Source: the human T2T-CHM13v2.0 reference genome, Homo sapiens
Length of the DNA stretch: 64,000 bases
Assembly (NCBI RefSeq): GCF_009914755.1
Contig: NC_060927.1
Reading direction: 5' to 3' (one strand)
Shown: piece by piece, positions 32,801 to 46,102 of the stretch
How the letters are laid out: every line of letters begins with the position of its first letter
Position numbering within the stretch: the stretch's first letter is position 1
Notes under the pieces: generated by a model
What the model was told of the DNA's origin: nothing
Databases searched by the model: none
Seen by the model: only the letters and a program-made list of their open reading frames with translations
Program-made: the position numbers and the translations under genes

Positions 32801-34641
32801 ATGTTGCTGATGGATTTTGTAATGATCTTATGCGGACAGGATGCTTTTCTTCTATAAGGATTTACTGTCAATCAGTTTGAGTGTGTCTGCATTTTAATAA
32901 AGGCGATCTGATCACTCTACCCTAAGTCAGCAAGGCACCCCCTTGAAACCAACAATTGTCGTTATTCACATCAGCTCTGCAGTTCTACTGGGACATCATA
33001 AGCCCCTTCTTTTTATAGCAGTCCTTCTCCAGCTTCTATTTTAACTTAAATATCACACAAACAATTCTTTCTGAGGAAAAGCAGGGGAAAGATGACTAAT
33101 TGAAAATAGCATTTCTTAGACTAGAATTATGATTCCAGGCTGGGTACCTCCCAAGCAGCTCAAAGTGACGAAGGGAAAGGTTGCTGAAGTAAAAGGAAAG
33201 ACAGAACTATGGAAAAAGAAAGACTATAAAGAAAATGAGGGATTATTTTACGGCTAGAGATAAGTAATGTGTCGTATAAGTTGTCAGTTTACACAACACC
33301 CTGCATTTTCTCCTTCCTCTTTTTAAACCAGTGCACAATGTTGTGCTCACTGATAGCTAAAAAGCAGAAGCTGCCTGAAGTCAATAGTTTTTTTCTACCA
33401 TTTCCTAAATTCTGACCTCACTGGTGAGCTCATGCTAGTGACTTGAACTGGTGGTAGTTGATAGGTCTGTATCCCTGTAAAAAAGGAGCTTCTGGCAAAC
33501 TGAGGAGTGACTTTGAGAAGGAGGGAAGGGAGCTCATCCTAGACCGTAGGGTAATAGAGGTCTGTGTGTCTTAGAGTAGCAAAAAACCATGATATGTCTT
33601 TTGAACTGGGACAATTTTATGAGTTAAACCTGATACAAAAACATAATTAAAATTAATTCATGGTTTGAAACATTTATTAATGGAGTAACCAACTGGCTTT
33701 GTAATATTGTTTGGCCCCTCAAATAGTGTCATTCAGTAATTTTTTTCATATCTAAAAATCTTTCTAAAAATTAAAAATAATATATATCATGTATATTAAA
33801 GTCAACTTAAAATATTCTTATATTGATTGTCTTCATATAAAAAATTAAAGTATGCAGAATAGTTGTTCTTGTTATATACTCATACACTTAAATCCATTTC
33901 TATCTCTAATCCTGAGTAACTGGCATTTTTCTGAAAATACATTTTAACTGACTTATTATTAATTCCTTATAAGATCTCCTGTAGTCATAAATTCAAGTGA
34001 CCTTTCTATGTACTGTAATTCATTCAACTGAAGAAATACTCTTTCTACAGGTACTGAAGTACATGCAAGTTTAGAGAGAGTTCTGCTAAATGGAGGCTAT
34101 TACCAATTCTAATTCTTTCCATTTTGGAATTTATAATTTTTCAGAACAAATATTTTCACAGGCTGTCTTTCTGCCTCCATTCAAAAGCCTTTTCTTTCAA
34201 AGTATATTTTTTAAAGATAGGATGTGTCATATTAAGTTTCCACTGTTTGTAATTCATCTAAATGTTTTGTTAAATTCACATCTATAATATCTTAGGCAAT
34301 CTGAATTTTATTCCACTTTTTTCAGCATGTAAATTTTCAAATTAAAAAATAGCAACTCCATCAAAAAATCATTTTCATGAATTGGTATATCACAAATCAC
34401 AAAACAAAATTTTAAAAATTAAATTGTTTTCACTATTTGTATTCTCTTAATGTGTTCAGTTCCTCCTTTGCTTTTGTGGAATACATTTTAATGGCTTTCT
34501 CCTTGTAAGCTTTTGTTCAATCATTACAGTTTGCTAAAAGCTTCAAAACTGGAGATTATTGGTGATCCACTTATTGAATAATTGGAGAAAGTTTCACCAG
34601 TTGACCCTGAAGAAAACACAACTAAAATTTAGAAGTCCCAA

Positions 34642-35019
34642 TGATGTGGTTTAGATTTATGTCCCTGCCCAAATCTTATTTCAAGTTGTAATACCTAATG
34701 TTGGATGAGGGGCCTGGTGGGAGGTGACTGGATCATGGGGGCAGATTCCCCCTTCCTGGTCTCGTGATAGTGAGTTCTCATGAAATGTGGTTGTTTAAAA
34801 ATGTGTGGCACCTCCTGCCACCTCTTTTCCTCTGGCTCAGGACATGTAAGATGTGCCTGCTTCCCCTTTGCCTTCTGCCATAATTGTGACTTTCTTGAGG
34901 TTCCCCCAGCCGTGCTTACTGTACATTCTGTGGAACTGTCAGCTAATTAAACCTCTAATCTTTATAAGTTAACCACTTTCAGGTATTTCTTTATAGCAGT
35001 GTGGGAATGGACTAAAACA
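34642..35019 (+). mobile_element. MSTA-like solo LTR
   Basis: tgatgtggtttagatttatgtccctgcccaaatc...ttctttatagcagtgtgggaatggactaaaaca. Confidence 0.9.
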
Positions 35020-35529
35020 CTCACTTTATAAAAACATTTAATGCCATTGCAAGAAAACTAGAATGAATTACAAAGTGGTTGTTCAAATGTTCAAACATTC
35101 TAAAATGATTGATGCTAGACAGCAGAGAGAGAACCTTCGACACCTTCTAAGTTCATTTCCACATCCTGAGTTCCTTTGTTTAGCCAGATTTTTTTGTCCT
35201 TAATAAATTATGCTCTCCCCAAATTTGAATTCGCATAATTACAAAACCAGTAAGTGAATCTCTAATTTTGCACTTTTTAAAGGAATTTATAATAACATTA
35301 AAACAATGCAGTATTTTAATCTTTAACTGAATAAACTTCCAAAGTTCCCCAACAGCTCCCCACTCCTTCATGTTAGAATCTGTGACTTATAGTTAATGCC
35401 AAGAGAAAAAGGAAGAACTTCTCAGTTCTAGTCTACGATAGTCACTTCTGGTATCCTTAGAATCCAGCTATGCATGGCTCTGCCTACATGCCTTGTGTGT
35501 GTGAATCCCAGAACACAGCTAGAGACAGC

Positions 35530-35745
35530 TAGTGGTGCACTGGAGTCAGCGCCTACCAGCTTGTTAGGAATGATTGTGAGCATCTCTTTCCAATTCCACA
35601 TTCAGTGACTTTAATTTGGTAGCTTGAAATTGTTCATGGTAGAAATATTTACACCCAGAAATTAACAAATGCTACAAGTCGTATTTCCCAACCTCACTCC
35701 TCTACCCTGAGAGCTGGTTGTTAAACATTTACCAGCACTCTACTG
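35530..35745 (+). mobile_element. MER63-like hAT DNA transposon
   Basis: Ends tagtggtgcactgg...ccagcactctactg form an imperfect terminal inverted repeat. Confidence 0.7.
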
Positions 35746-36709
35746 TAGGAAGCACACAGCCTTCCTGGGCACAGCATGCAGCTATTCCTTTCTGAGGATT
35801 CCCATTTGAAAATGGCTCTGCAGTAGAGTGGCTCATGGTCAGAGCAAACCACAAATCCAGGTTTGGTTAGGACAATCTTGTGCTAGTGTCCTGTTCTGTT
35901 TAGCATTTGAACCTGAAATATACACTTTTGTAATAATGGATGGAATACAAGTAATACAATTAATGGTTGCATTAAAATGAATCAGGATGGGTTTGGTGGA
36001 ACTCCACTGTCTACTTCCAGCTTCTGCCATGATTTTGCCTACTAGTATGTAAAATATATGCTGAGATCAGGATTTTCTCTTAACATATGGGGAAATAAAA
36101 AAGATGACCTTACAACACCCAATTCTATTTTTCTGACCCCTCTCATACACAACATAATTTTTATTTCTCTTTGAACTACAGTATGTTAAGTGCTTGCCCA
36201 TGATAAAATGAAATGTACTCACACGTGAGCAGGTTTAGGTTCAGCCAACTTCATCTGGTTTGGATGGTGGGAAAAGTTCCACACTGCGGCCCCTGCTGGA
36301 CACTTAGTGTAATAGAGTCCCATGTTACCAAGGAGCAATTCAGAATGCAGTCAGTGCCACTGTATCTTATTTCTTAGAAATTATCCCAGTAAAAAAAAAA
36401 ATATTTTGCAGCTTCACTAAAATGGAGTTTTTCAAAGGGCTAAAACTCAGCTTTTAAGCGATTGGGAGCCAGCAGTGTTTGCCACCATAATTAAGTGTTA
36501 CGTGCATAATTTACAATTGTTCTATTTTATAGCCAAATATTTTTATATCCTACTAGGTTTTGGAGGATGAACTCAAAATAATATTTTCATCAAGTACACA
36601 CTAGTCACTACGACCCTAACTTCAGCAAAATAGATAGTAAGTGATTAAAATTTATGTAGACTATCTAAAGAATAAAAAGGTATTTAAAAATAAAGTATAA
36701 CACAAAGGT

Positions 36710-37196
36710 ACGTTGGTTTACTATAACTGTTGTAACAAATTACCACAAATTTAGTGGCTTAAAACATAGATGTATTCTTTTACAGTTTTATAGGTTGGAA
36801 GATCTGACATGGGCTAAAATCAAGGTGTCAATGGGGCTGTGTTACTTCCCAGAGACTCTAGGAGAAAAATAATTCTCTTGCCTTTTCCAGCTTCTAGAGA
36901 CTTCTTGCATTTCTTGGCTCATGGTTCCCTTCCTCCAGCTTCAAAGCTAGCAAGGTTGCATCTCTCTGGCCATTCTTTCATAGTTACATCTCCCTCTTTC
37001 TGACCACACCTTAAAAAGATAATCTAATTTTAAGGACTCATTTTAAGGACACACCTGAGTAATCCAGGACAATCTCGTCATGCCATGGTCCTTATTAATC
37101 ACATCTGTGAAAATGCCCTGTAAGATAACACAGTCACATGTTCCTGTGATGAGGCTGTGAATGTCTTTGAGGGGGCTATCATTCTGTCTACCACAC
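36710..37196 (-). mobile_element. MLT1D-like LTR
   Basis: tgtaacaaattaccacaaatttagtggcttaaaaca...ctgtctaccaca. Confidence 0.85.
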
Positions 37197-38414
37197 AAGC
37201 AATATGTTCTCAGCAAAGAATATGTAAAGTCCCCAAAAAAGGCTGCAGACTTCAATCTTCTGTCACTGCTCTGAAAAGATTGACAAAAAATTACCTAAAT
37301 TTGGAATAACTTTTAGAGCAATAAGTCAAAAATGTGGGTGTCAGTGTTGATTTGTTTTTTTAAATTTTCCTGCATGTATCAGCTACCACCTTCCCATATA
37401 ATATCAAGATGAGATACTAGCCACACACAAGACCAAATACTGGATAATTTCTTCATTACTGTAATTCCTTGAAATGTTTGTTCATGATGGCCAGATATCT
37501 ATTGTTTGGTTAGGAATTAATTCTGTAATTATTTTAAAAAAAGAGTTTGCTGTCCAAGGCGACACATGTGGCTCAGGTGCATTTCAAGAGCTCTGCTGTT
37601 AGTTTCTCTAATGAGAGCCAGGGTTCTGGATGCACATGCATTTTTTTTTTTTCCTAAAGGCTTCATGCCCACTTAATTAAATGAAAGAAATAATCACAGA
37701 ATGGAGCTCCTTTCCATCTTGGCCAAATACTGTGTAAATTTTAATTCAAAGTTTACTTCAAAGATAAATACAAAGAGAGACATATATGTCATACAATTTC
37801 ATTTTAAATTTCAATAATAAACTTTGGTCAAATTTAAAGTCAAATAGATATGATTGACCATTTACATACAAATACATATTTCTGTTCAGTATTCATACAT
37901 AAATAAACATAAATATCCACAAATTAAGGCATATGCAATTTTAGAAAAAAGTTTCTCAAGGGCAAAACTTCTTAAAATTGTCTTATATAATCAGTAAGAA
38001 AGCAAAGAATATTTTAAAAATAGAAGTTAATCAACACAACTGAACATAAGGGAATAATCTCTGATATGGATGGGAGAAATGTTGAAAATTGAGTGAATTC
38101 ATGAAGGGTAATCTATCTATAAAAGCATGAGATACAATCTATCTATAAATACATAAATAAATTTATAAATCTATAAATGCTTTTATACAATCTATAAAAG
38201 CATGAGATAAATTCAGTTGAATATACTAATCAATTTTACTCTCTGAAGACGTAATTCTGCTATCACCGTCTTGAAATATCTACAACAAAAGGCTTTTGAA
38301 ATTATAAACTTCCAATAAAAATAAAAGATGTATAAAAATGGACATTTAAAATTAAAATTTAATATGTATTTTTGTTACTTATAAATATTTTTTATTTTGA
38401 AAATTCTTCATTCT

Positions 38415-38845
38415 CATCTTAGTTTTTGAGGGCTGCTGTAACAAATTACTACAAACTGGGTTGCTTAAAACAACAGAAATCCATTCTTCCACAATTCTGG
38501 GTGCTAAAAGTCAGAAATCAAGGTGTAGGCAGAGCCATGCTCACTTTGGAACTTCTGTGGAAGAATGCTTCCTTGCGTCTTCTATCTTCTGGTAGCCTAG
38601 ATTTTCCTTGGCTTGTGGCCCCATAACTCCAGTCTCTTCCTATCTCCACATGGTCACACTCTCTCTGTCTCTGTTTCCTTTTATAGGGATACTTTATATT
38701 GATTAAAGGGTTAACCCTACTACAGTGGGACATCATCTTAACTAATTACATCTGCAATGATGGTATTTCCAATTAAGGTCACATTCTAAGGTGCTGGAAT
38801 TTACCAACATATCTTTTTTAGAGGGATACAATTCAACCCCATAAA
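38415..38845 (-). mobile_element. MLT1B/C-like LTR
   Basis: agggctgctgtaacaaattactacaaactggg...attcaaccccataa. Confidence 0.85.
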
Positions 38846-39214
38846 TATCCCATTCTATAAAAATACTGGTTCTCTTACAAGGCTAAAGGAAATGAAACTG
38901 GTGTGGACATTTCTATCTCATTTTTTTAGTAGAACAAGAATTAATCTAAATGGCTATGTGTTCATACTGGCTCAATAATTCAGTTTTTTCCTAATTACAT
39001 TAAAATTATTTGGATATGGTGTCAGGGAACTGATAAAACTGAATATATTTTATAGTTTGTGTTAAGATTAACATACACTGTTTAGTCAATAATGGAATGA
39101 AGATATTGACAATATGGGCTAGATTCTAGACTTTACTTTCTGTTCTCAAGTCCCAATTCTGAATAAGCAACTATCATCTCTCTTAGTGTACTTGCATAAG
39201 AAATTAAAGTAATA

Positions 39215-39349
39215 GGGTTGGGTGTGGTGGCTCATGGCTATAATCCTAGCACTTTGGGAGGCTGAGGCAGGAAGATTGCTTGAGGCCAGGAGTTCAAGGC
39301 CAACCTGGTCAACATAGAGAGACCCTGTCTCTATTGACAACAAAAGAAG
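39215..39349 (+). mobile_element. FLAM/AluJ monomer
   Basis: Left-arm Alu monomer; TSD aagaaattaaa. Confidence 0.85.
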
Positions 39350-39804
39350 AAGAAATTAAATAGGCAGGTTTTTAGTGCTGTCTAATCTGCTTCACAAACC
39401 TGATGATACACTAAATTTTATGAAAATTACATGTGTGCATGTGGTTGTCTCACATATTTTATGGAACAAGGCAGATAGAGTATGAGTGAGTAAATAAAAT
39501 GCATGTGCATGTTGAAAAGTCGTCTTTCTTAATTTAAGCAATGCATAAGGTATGATAGATTTCTGTTAGAGAAAACTAGACCAATATGTGACTATTCAAA
39601 TTGGCCAAGATTCTGTTTTTGTTTTTTTTTTTTTTTGAAATTCACACCTACAGCAATACAGCTGAATTAAGAACTTGTCTATGCAGAAATATTCTCAGTA
39701 GTCACCAACCAAAGTTTATAGAGAGTTTCAGCGAGAAAAAACCCACTTATTTTTCTTATCTCATCCAGGGAATTTTATATTATGGTGGAAAAAATTGATT
39801 TGTA

Positions 39805-40096
39805 GGTTTATTTTATTTTTTTTAATGAGATGGCTCTGTCACCCAGCCTGGAGTATAGTGGCACAATCATAGCTCATTGCAGCCTGGAACCCTGGGCTCA
39901 AGGGATCCTTCCGCCTCAGCCTCCTGAGTCTCCGGGATTACAGGTGTGTGCCACTGCACTGGCTAATTTTTACAAATTTTGTGTAGAGATGGAGTCTCAT
40001 CATGTTGTCCAGGCTGGTCTTAAACTCCTGGCTTCAAGACATCCTCCCTTCTTGGCCTCCCAAAGTACTGGGATCGTGTGAGCCACTGCACCTGGT
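39805..40096 (-). mobile_element. AluJ
   Basis: Dimeric diverged Alu (catagctcattgcagcc, cctgggctcaag). Confidence 0.9.
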
Positions 40097-42112
40097 GTCA
40101 TCATTTAAATTTTATAGTTTTCTACTAATTTATAAAATATGTTTTTCTTTAAGCTGCTACAAATAAATACATTAAATAAGTAAATAGGCTCCCTAACTCA
40201 TTATTAAATGAGTTAGGCTTCCTAACCTATTATTAAACAAATAATAGGCCCAGTATTGTTCCCAGGATTATATGACAAGATAGGAACCCTAGCACCCAGT
40301 CTCCTTAGGCACACTATGCAACTATGTTTTTCTGAGGTATTGCCGCTTACCAAGGGTACTGTGATAGTGTGGTACGTGGTCAGAATGAAACATACCTTCT
40401 GGTTTGCCTGGTACAATCCAGTGAACACCTGTTATGTTCACTTCTGCAGCATTTGTCCTGAATTGCTTATTTTGTAATGAGGTATGAATTACAAATAAAC
40501 ACATGAAAATAAACCAGAATAGGTTCGGTAGACTTTGATGTTATAATTCCACCTTCTGCCAAAGTCTTGTAATCTAGGGCATGAAGCTCATAAATAGCAG
40601 TTAAAGTTCTCTTTTAACATGGGACTAAATTAAAAAAAAAAAAGAGATAACCAGCAATAACTCATTACTGTTTCCTGATTCCTCCCAGATACAATGCATA
40701 GTCTTTTTCAAGGAGAATATGCCAGTGTTTTGGCTGATGCCAAAATAAAATGCACTTAGACATGGTGAGCTTAGGTCAGTTAACTCCTTTGACAATGGAT
40801 GGTGGTAGGAAAAGAATTCCACACTACTGCTGTAGTGATGAATAGTTTTAGATTTTTTTTTTTCTCATCAGAGTATCAGGATGTCACATAGAAACTCATG
40901 GGCATACTAAATCAACTTTGCATTTCCATTGCAGCAAGAAAATATTTTGAAAACCAGGGCTTTGTTTTTTCCATTAACAGAAAAGGGATACTTTTTAAGG
41001 TAAAAACTCACAGTATGACCCACTTGGTTATGTCTAATTTTGTCAGTGAGTTTCAATCATCTAACAAAAAACGAAGAAACAAAAGGACCATATAAAATGG
41101 CATACAATGACATATCAGCAGAATTTGAAACAATCAGACAGCATGAGGGATCCCCAAGGGAGAAGAAAGCTATTTGGCTGCTTGACTAATTATATGCACT
41201 AATAGATTTCCATTGGGCCCTCTGGTTTTTAAGAGTTCATTTAATTGCTGGATCAAATTAGATGTATTTCCAGGCTCTTCTCACGGCCAGGGCATATATG
41301 CAGAAATAGAGCAAAATCAGGATTCAGGAAACCTGAATTCAGACTCTTCCATTTTCCAGTATCCTTTGAATATTCTGAGTCTCACTTTCATGATCAATAA
41401 AATGGAGATAGTAAAAATTTAACCCCCAAAACTATTTAAGGACAACTCTAAGAAAGATAATTGTTATATGTAAATAATTATACAAATACAAATATTACTA
41501 TTAATCTCAATTGACTTGAACTGTCCAGCAATTCTTCACGGCAATAACATCCCATTTAATTTACTTCCTTAACATGTAAATACTTTTCTTTCCCTTACAG
41601 ATCACAAAAAAAAATGTTTGTTTTCCTTTAAAAATACAAACAAATTTTCTTACTATTTTTTTAACCTAGTGCATAAAAAAGTTTTGTTTCATAGATAATG
41701 CTTAATAAATATAATCAGATTTGCTGCGTGGGAATTCTGAGTCAGTAAACATCGTGTGTTTAACTTCTACAAGCAAACTTATTGAAGAATCACCACTAAT
41801 AAAACTTGATCACTAACCTCATTTGGGTCCCATTATCTGAATCACCCCAGCTTTAGCTGTGATGTGAATAAATGTCATTTGATTGTGTGTGATTTTTATA
41901 TAAAGACGTTAACATGCATTTAATTGCATTTTTCTGTTTCTCCTCTAGTAAAGAAATTTTTTTGAGGCAGGACTATGACTTGTCGTTTCTTTTGATGTGA
42001 TTATCCCTTAAATCTCAATATATTTTGAAAGATTGATAATCAGAAGAAATTCATATGAGAGATCTCTTTGCAATTAGTATGCAATGATTGGATAACTTGC
42101 CTCATATTGAAA

Positions 42113-42860
42113 TGGGATATAGTTCCCTTGACCCCTTCAGGGACTTGCAAAAGGTTGGCTCATTTACTCAGCTCACAGCTTTCAACCCCTTGAGGGAGGG
42201 GAGCACATAGGTGAGTGGGTGCAGAGGCCAGGATGAGAGCTTCAGGGCAACTGGCAAGAGCAGAACTTTTTGTGGGCCCGTGGCAGCGTCTAGGGGTTGC
42301 CATGACCCCTGGAGCCCCAGAGGGCGTGTGTTAAGTGTGCCCTTTTAGCTTTGCCATCTGTACATGGCTTAAATGTTAAACAGCTCAGTGGAGGGTCAGT
42401 GTGATAGCCTCTTGCAACTGCATCTGGCATCCAGGAAGAATCAGGTCACCCGAACGAATCGAAGGGTGGTGAATGTGGAGGATTTTATTGAGCAGTGGAA
42501 GTGGCTGTCAGCAGATGGGGAGCTGGAAAGGGGATGGAGTGGGAAGGTGGTCTTCCCATGGAGTTAGACCGTCCCTGGCTGAACTCTTCCCCGAGGTCAA
42601 GCCATTCCTCTGAAGTCAAGCTGCTTCTCTCTGATGTCCGGCTGTTCCTTCTCTTCTCTCCTTCTCTGCTGCTTGCCACTCTGGGGCTTTTATGGGTACA
42701 AGGTGGGGCAGGCCAGGATGGTTTTGGAAAAGGCAACATTCAGGTGGGAAAACAGCAATGCACGTTCTCACTTTGGGCCACAGGTCCAGGCTTGAGCGTG
42801 TGGCCCTCATTGGGGACTGCCCTCTTCTACCCATTATTTCCCTACCTCCTGTCCATATCA
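42113..42860 (-). mobile_element. ERV1 solo LTR (LTR1-family-like)
   Basis: Minus strand begins TGATATGGACAGGAGG...GGGTAGAAGAGGGCAGTCCCC; GC-rich ~750-bp block in AT-rich DNA. Confidence 0.75.
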
Positions 42861-45086
42861 GCATAGCATATAAGATCACCAGATATTACTGTATAAACTT
42901 GATTGGTAATGAGGTGATACATATGACAATATATAAATGAAGACAGAATTAACCATAGGTTTATGGTTATTAGTGTATTGCAGTTATAATGGTGTTCCAC
43001 ATCTACTTTTGTGTACATATTTTCCAGACTGATGGAAATTTATGATTAAGTGACACAGAATGTAAAATTAACTTCTGATAATTTTCTCAGAGTACCAATA
43101 TGTGCCAGGTTTCACTAGCAAGGTGAAATGGAATTCAGGGACATCATTCTAAACATGTAAATAATTGTTGTCTATTTACCTAGGTAAAAGCTTCATGGGC
43201 CACTTAATTTTTTTCCCCCATTGTACTTATGGCCTTTGTTAAAATGCTACTGTTCCAAATAAATAAATAGATATATATGAAGTATGAATTCATCATGCAA
43301 ATTTCTAACCTAGTATGACTTGTGAGCTCATAATGAACTACATTATTGGAAGTAGCGTTTTATGGAACATGGTTTTTACTTGCACACTTACTTCTGTTCA
43401 TTAAAACAAGGAGCACATCATAATGAATAAAACATTAGTATTCCATTTATTACATCCACTACTAAGGTGCCAATACTGACCATAAATTGAACTCATGCTT
43501 TCCCACATCTATGCTGATATCCACTGAATAGTCATCTAAAAATTATTGAGAGACAAAAGGTTAGGTTTCCCAGAGGCTGTCAACATCTGTATATCTTTCA
43601 GTAACTAAACACTATTCATTTTAGAAAGCAGAGAACATGAACAGATGGAATTTGACCTTTTGTGGCATATGGATAAAATAAATCTAATTTACTTTGTGTT
43701 AAATATCATTCTGTAATTATAAAAAATGCACTTTTTAAGGAATGAAACTAACTAGAAAGGATTTTTAAAGGTGTGGGAAATTATGTTGCCTTGAAGTCAT
43801 ACATTTGCATAGAATAGTAAGCATGTATCCTAATATGTATGGTAATATCTCACTGACCTCATGTCATGAGGAACTAAGTAATTATACCTTAGTATGTTTT
43901 CAAATTCTGAATTTTATCACTTTAAACACCATTTTAAAATATTACCTCTATTTCAGAATTCTTTCTAACATGTTATGTGCTTTTTAGCCTAGGAAAAAAA
44001 ATCGTATTACCTTTTATAGTATCAAAAATTAAAAAACAAACAACAAAATGAGTGATTGAAAATTTTGGGTTAGGGAGAATTTTCAATTCATCAAAAAATA
44101 TAAATAATATATAAAAATGTAAATAATATATTGCAAAATAAATGAAGATTATTACTAAAATTACCATTCTTAGTGTGAAAACTAAGTGTAATTAAAATGA
44201 TCAAAATCATTAGAATTCTCCTCCTTAAGTTTGGTTAGAAAATATCAGCTAATTACAATGATGAAAGTAGAAGGGTTGAGAAGAATAGCCAGTTATTTCT
44301 AAATTTATTTTAATATTATCTCCACTGATTTTACCCACTTGCAGTATCAGTGGAAAGATGGAAAGATGGGGATTAGGGGAAATTGGTATGAATAACAATG
44401 TTGGTAAAGGAAGGATAGCAAGTAGTAATAGCAGATGCTCTTAAGTCTCTTAAAGAAATTTGAGACATTACTCTCATAAGTAATCAGTAATTACTTCACA
44501 AAGTTAATTTATAGTTAAAATCATCATCACTATCATCATCATCATCATGAACACTTAAGAGATAAGATAATTCATGTTAAGTGCCAATTAGATGGACTAG
44601 TGGGGTTCTTGAAAAGCTTTTTGAATTAGGTGAGACTTAATTTGACCCATAAGTTAAGGACTTAAAGAAATAGAAAGGCAGGCAGGCAGTGTCTTTCATC
44701 TGAACATTGGTGTGAGCAATAATGCTAAAACATGCATTTCTCTGTTTGGGGGAATGTGTGCAGCTTATTTCTCATAAATAAAAAAGACTGTGCTGACTTA
44801 GAACTGAATTGAGTAAAAACATTATATTTACATAGCTGTTAATTCAATGCCTCAATTTGCATATCATTTGTGCTGCATTACCATACCTGTCAATCAATTC
44901 TGGACACAAGCCAGTAAAGTGGCAAACATTCAGGCTGAAATTACAGGAAGAAGAAGAAAAAAACAAACAAATGTGGCTTTAAAATGCCTATATACCTCTC
45001 CTTAGAGAGTATATGGATTTGGTTATAATTATGAATGAATCCTTTCGGTATTTTATGAGCAATAGAGTTATCAATCACATAATTTA

Positions 45087-45401
<315 letters not shown>

Positions 45402-45629
45402 AAAATAAAACAAGATCTTCCAATCAAATCTTAGATTGCAGTACAATCATATATAAAGTATGAGTTTTAGTGAGAAAAATTATTCTTGGAGTCTAGGTAA
45501 GTACTCTTTGTTTTCTTTTTAAAGTGTTTTGTGTAATGATTTTTAAGATTACAGTACCATAGAGCTAAAATGTATAACTACTCATTTATGATTACTAGGA
45601 GATTAATCATGATTAACAGGAAATTATTT

Positions 45630-45977
45630 ATTGCATAGTGGTAAAAAACTTGAGCTCTGGAGTGAGATGCACTTGGATCCAAATCTCAGTTCTTCTGTTT
45701 ACTCCTCTTTGAACTTGGTGAAATTTGTTTCCTCATTGATAAAATGAGGGTGATAAAATTTGTATCCTCATTAATAAAAAGAGGAGAGAGAATGAGAATT
45801 ATTCCAACCCTATCTAGCTCAAGTCCGCTGAAACCAGGAGTAATTAGATATGTTTGCATTTAGTCCAGGGCAGTATGCTTTCCTGTAAAGATATCAAACT
45901 TTCTTGAATGAATGAGAATAACCTGTCTTCAATTTTTCAAGTTTTTTGAAACCTATTCCCTTTAGGTTTTGTTTTTT

Positions 45978-46030
<53 letters not shown>

Positions 46031-46102
46031 ATTAATGGGTTAATGCTTTTAATGTACTTAGCACTGTGCCTGACTCAGTAAGAGCTCAGTGAATGTTAGC
46101 TG
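45630..46102 (+). mobile_element. MIR interrupted by a duplicated segment and a (TG)n tract
   Basis: gcatagtggtaaaaa...ttcctcattgataaaatgaggg [insert] ...cttagcactgtgcctgactcagtaagagctcagtgaatgttagct. Confidence 0.8.
45982..46022. repeat. (TG)n microsatellite, ~20 units
   Basis: Read directly from the sequence. Confidence 0.98.

Noticed and set aside
34030-34290. Possible exon after ctttctacag with a short ORF
   Set aside because: No recognisable protein similarity and no convincing paired donor site; such acceptors occur by chance.
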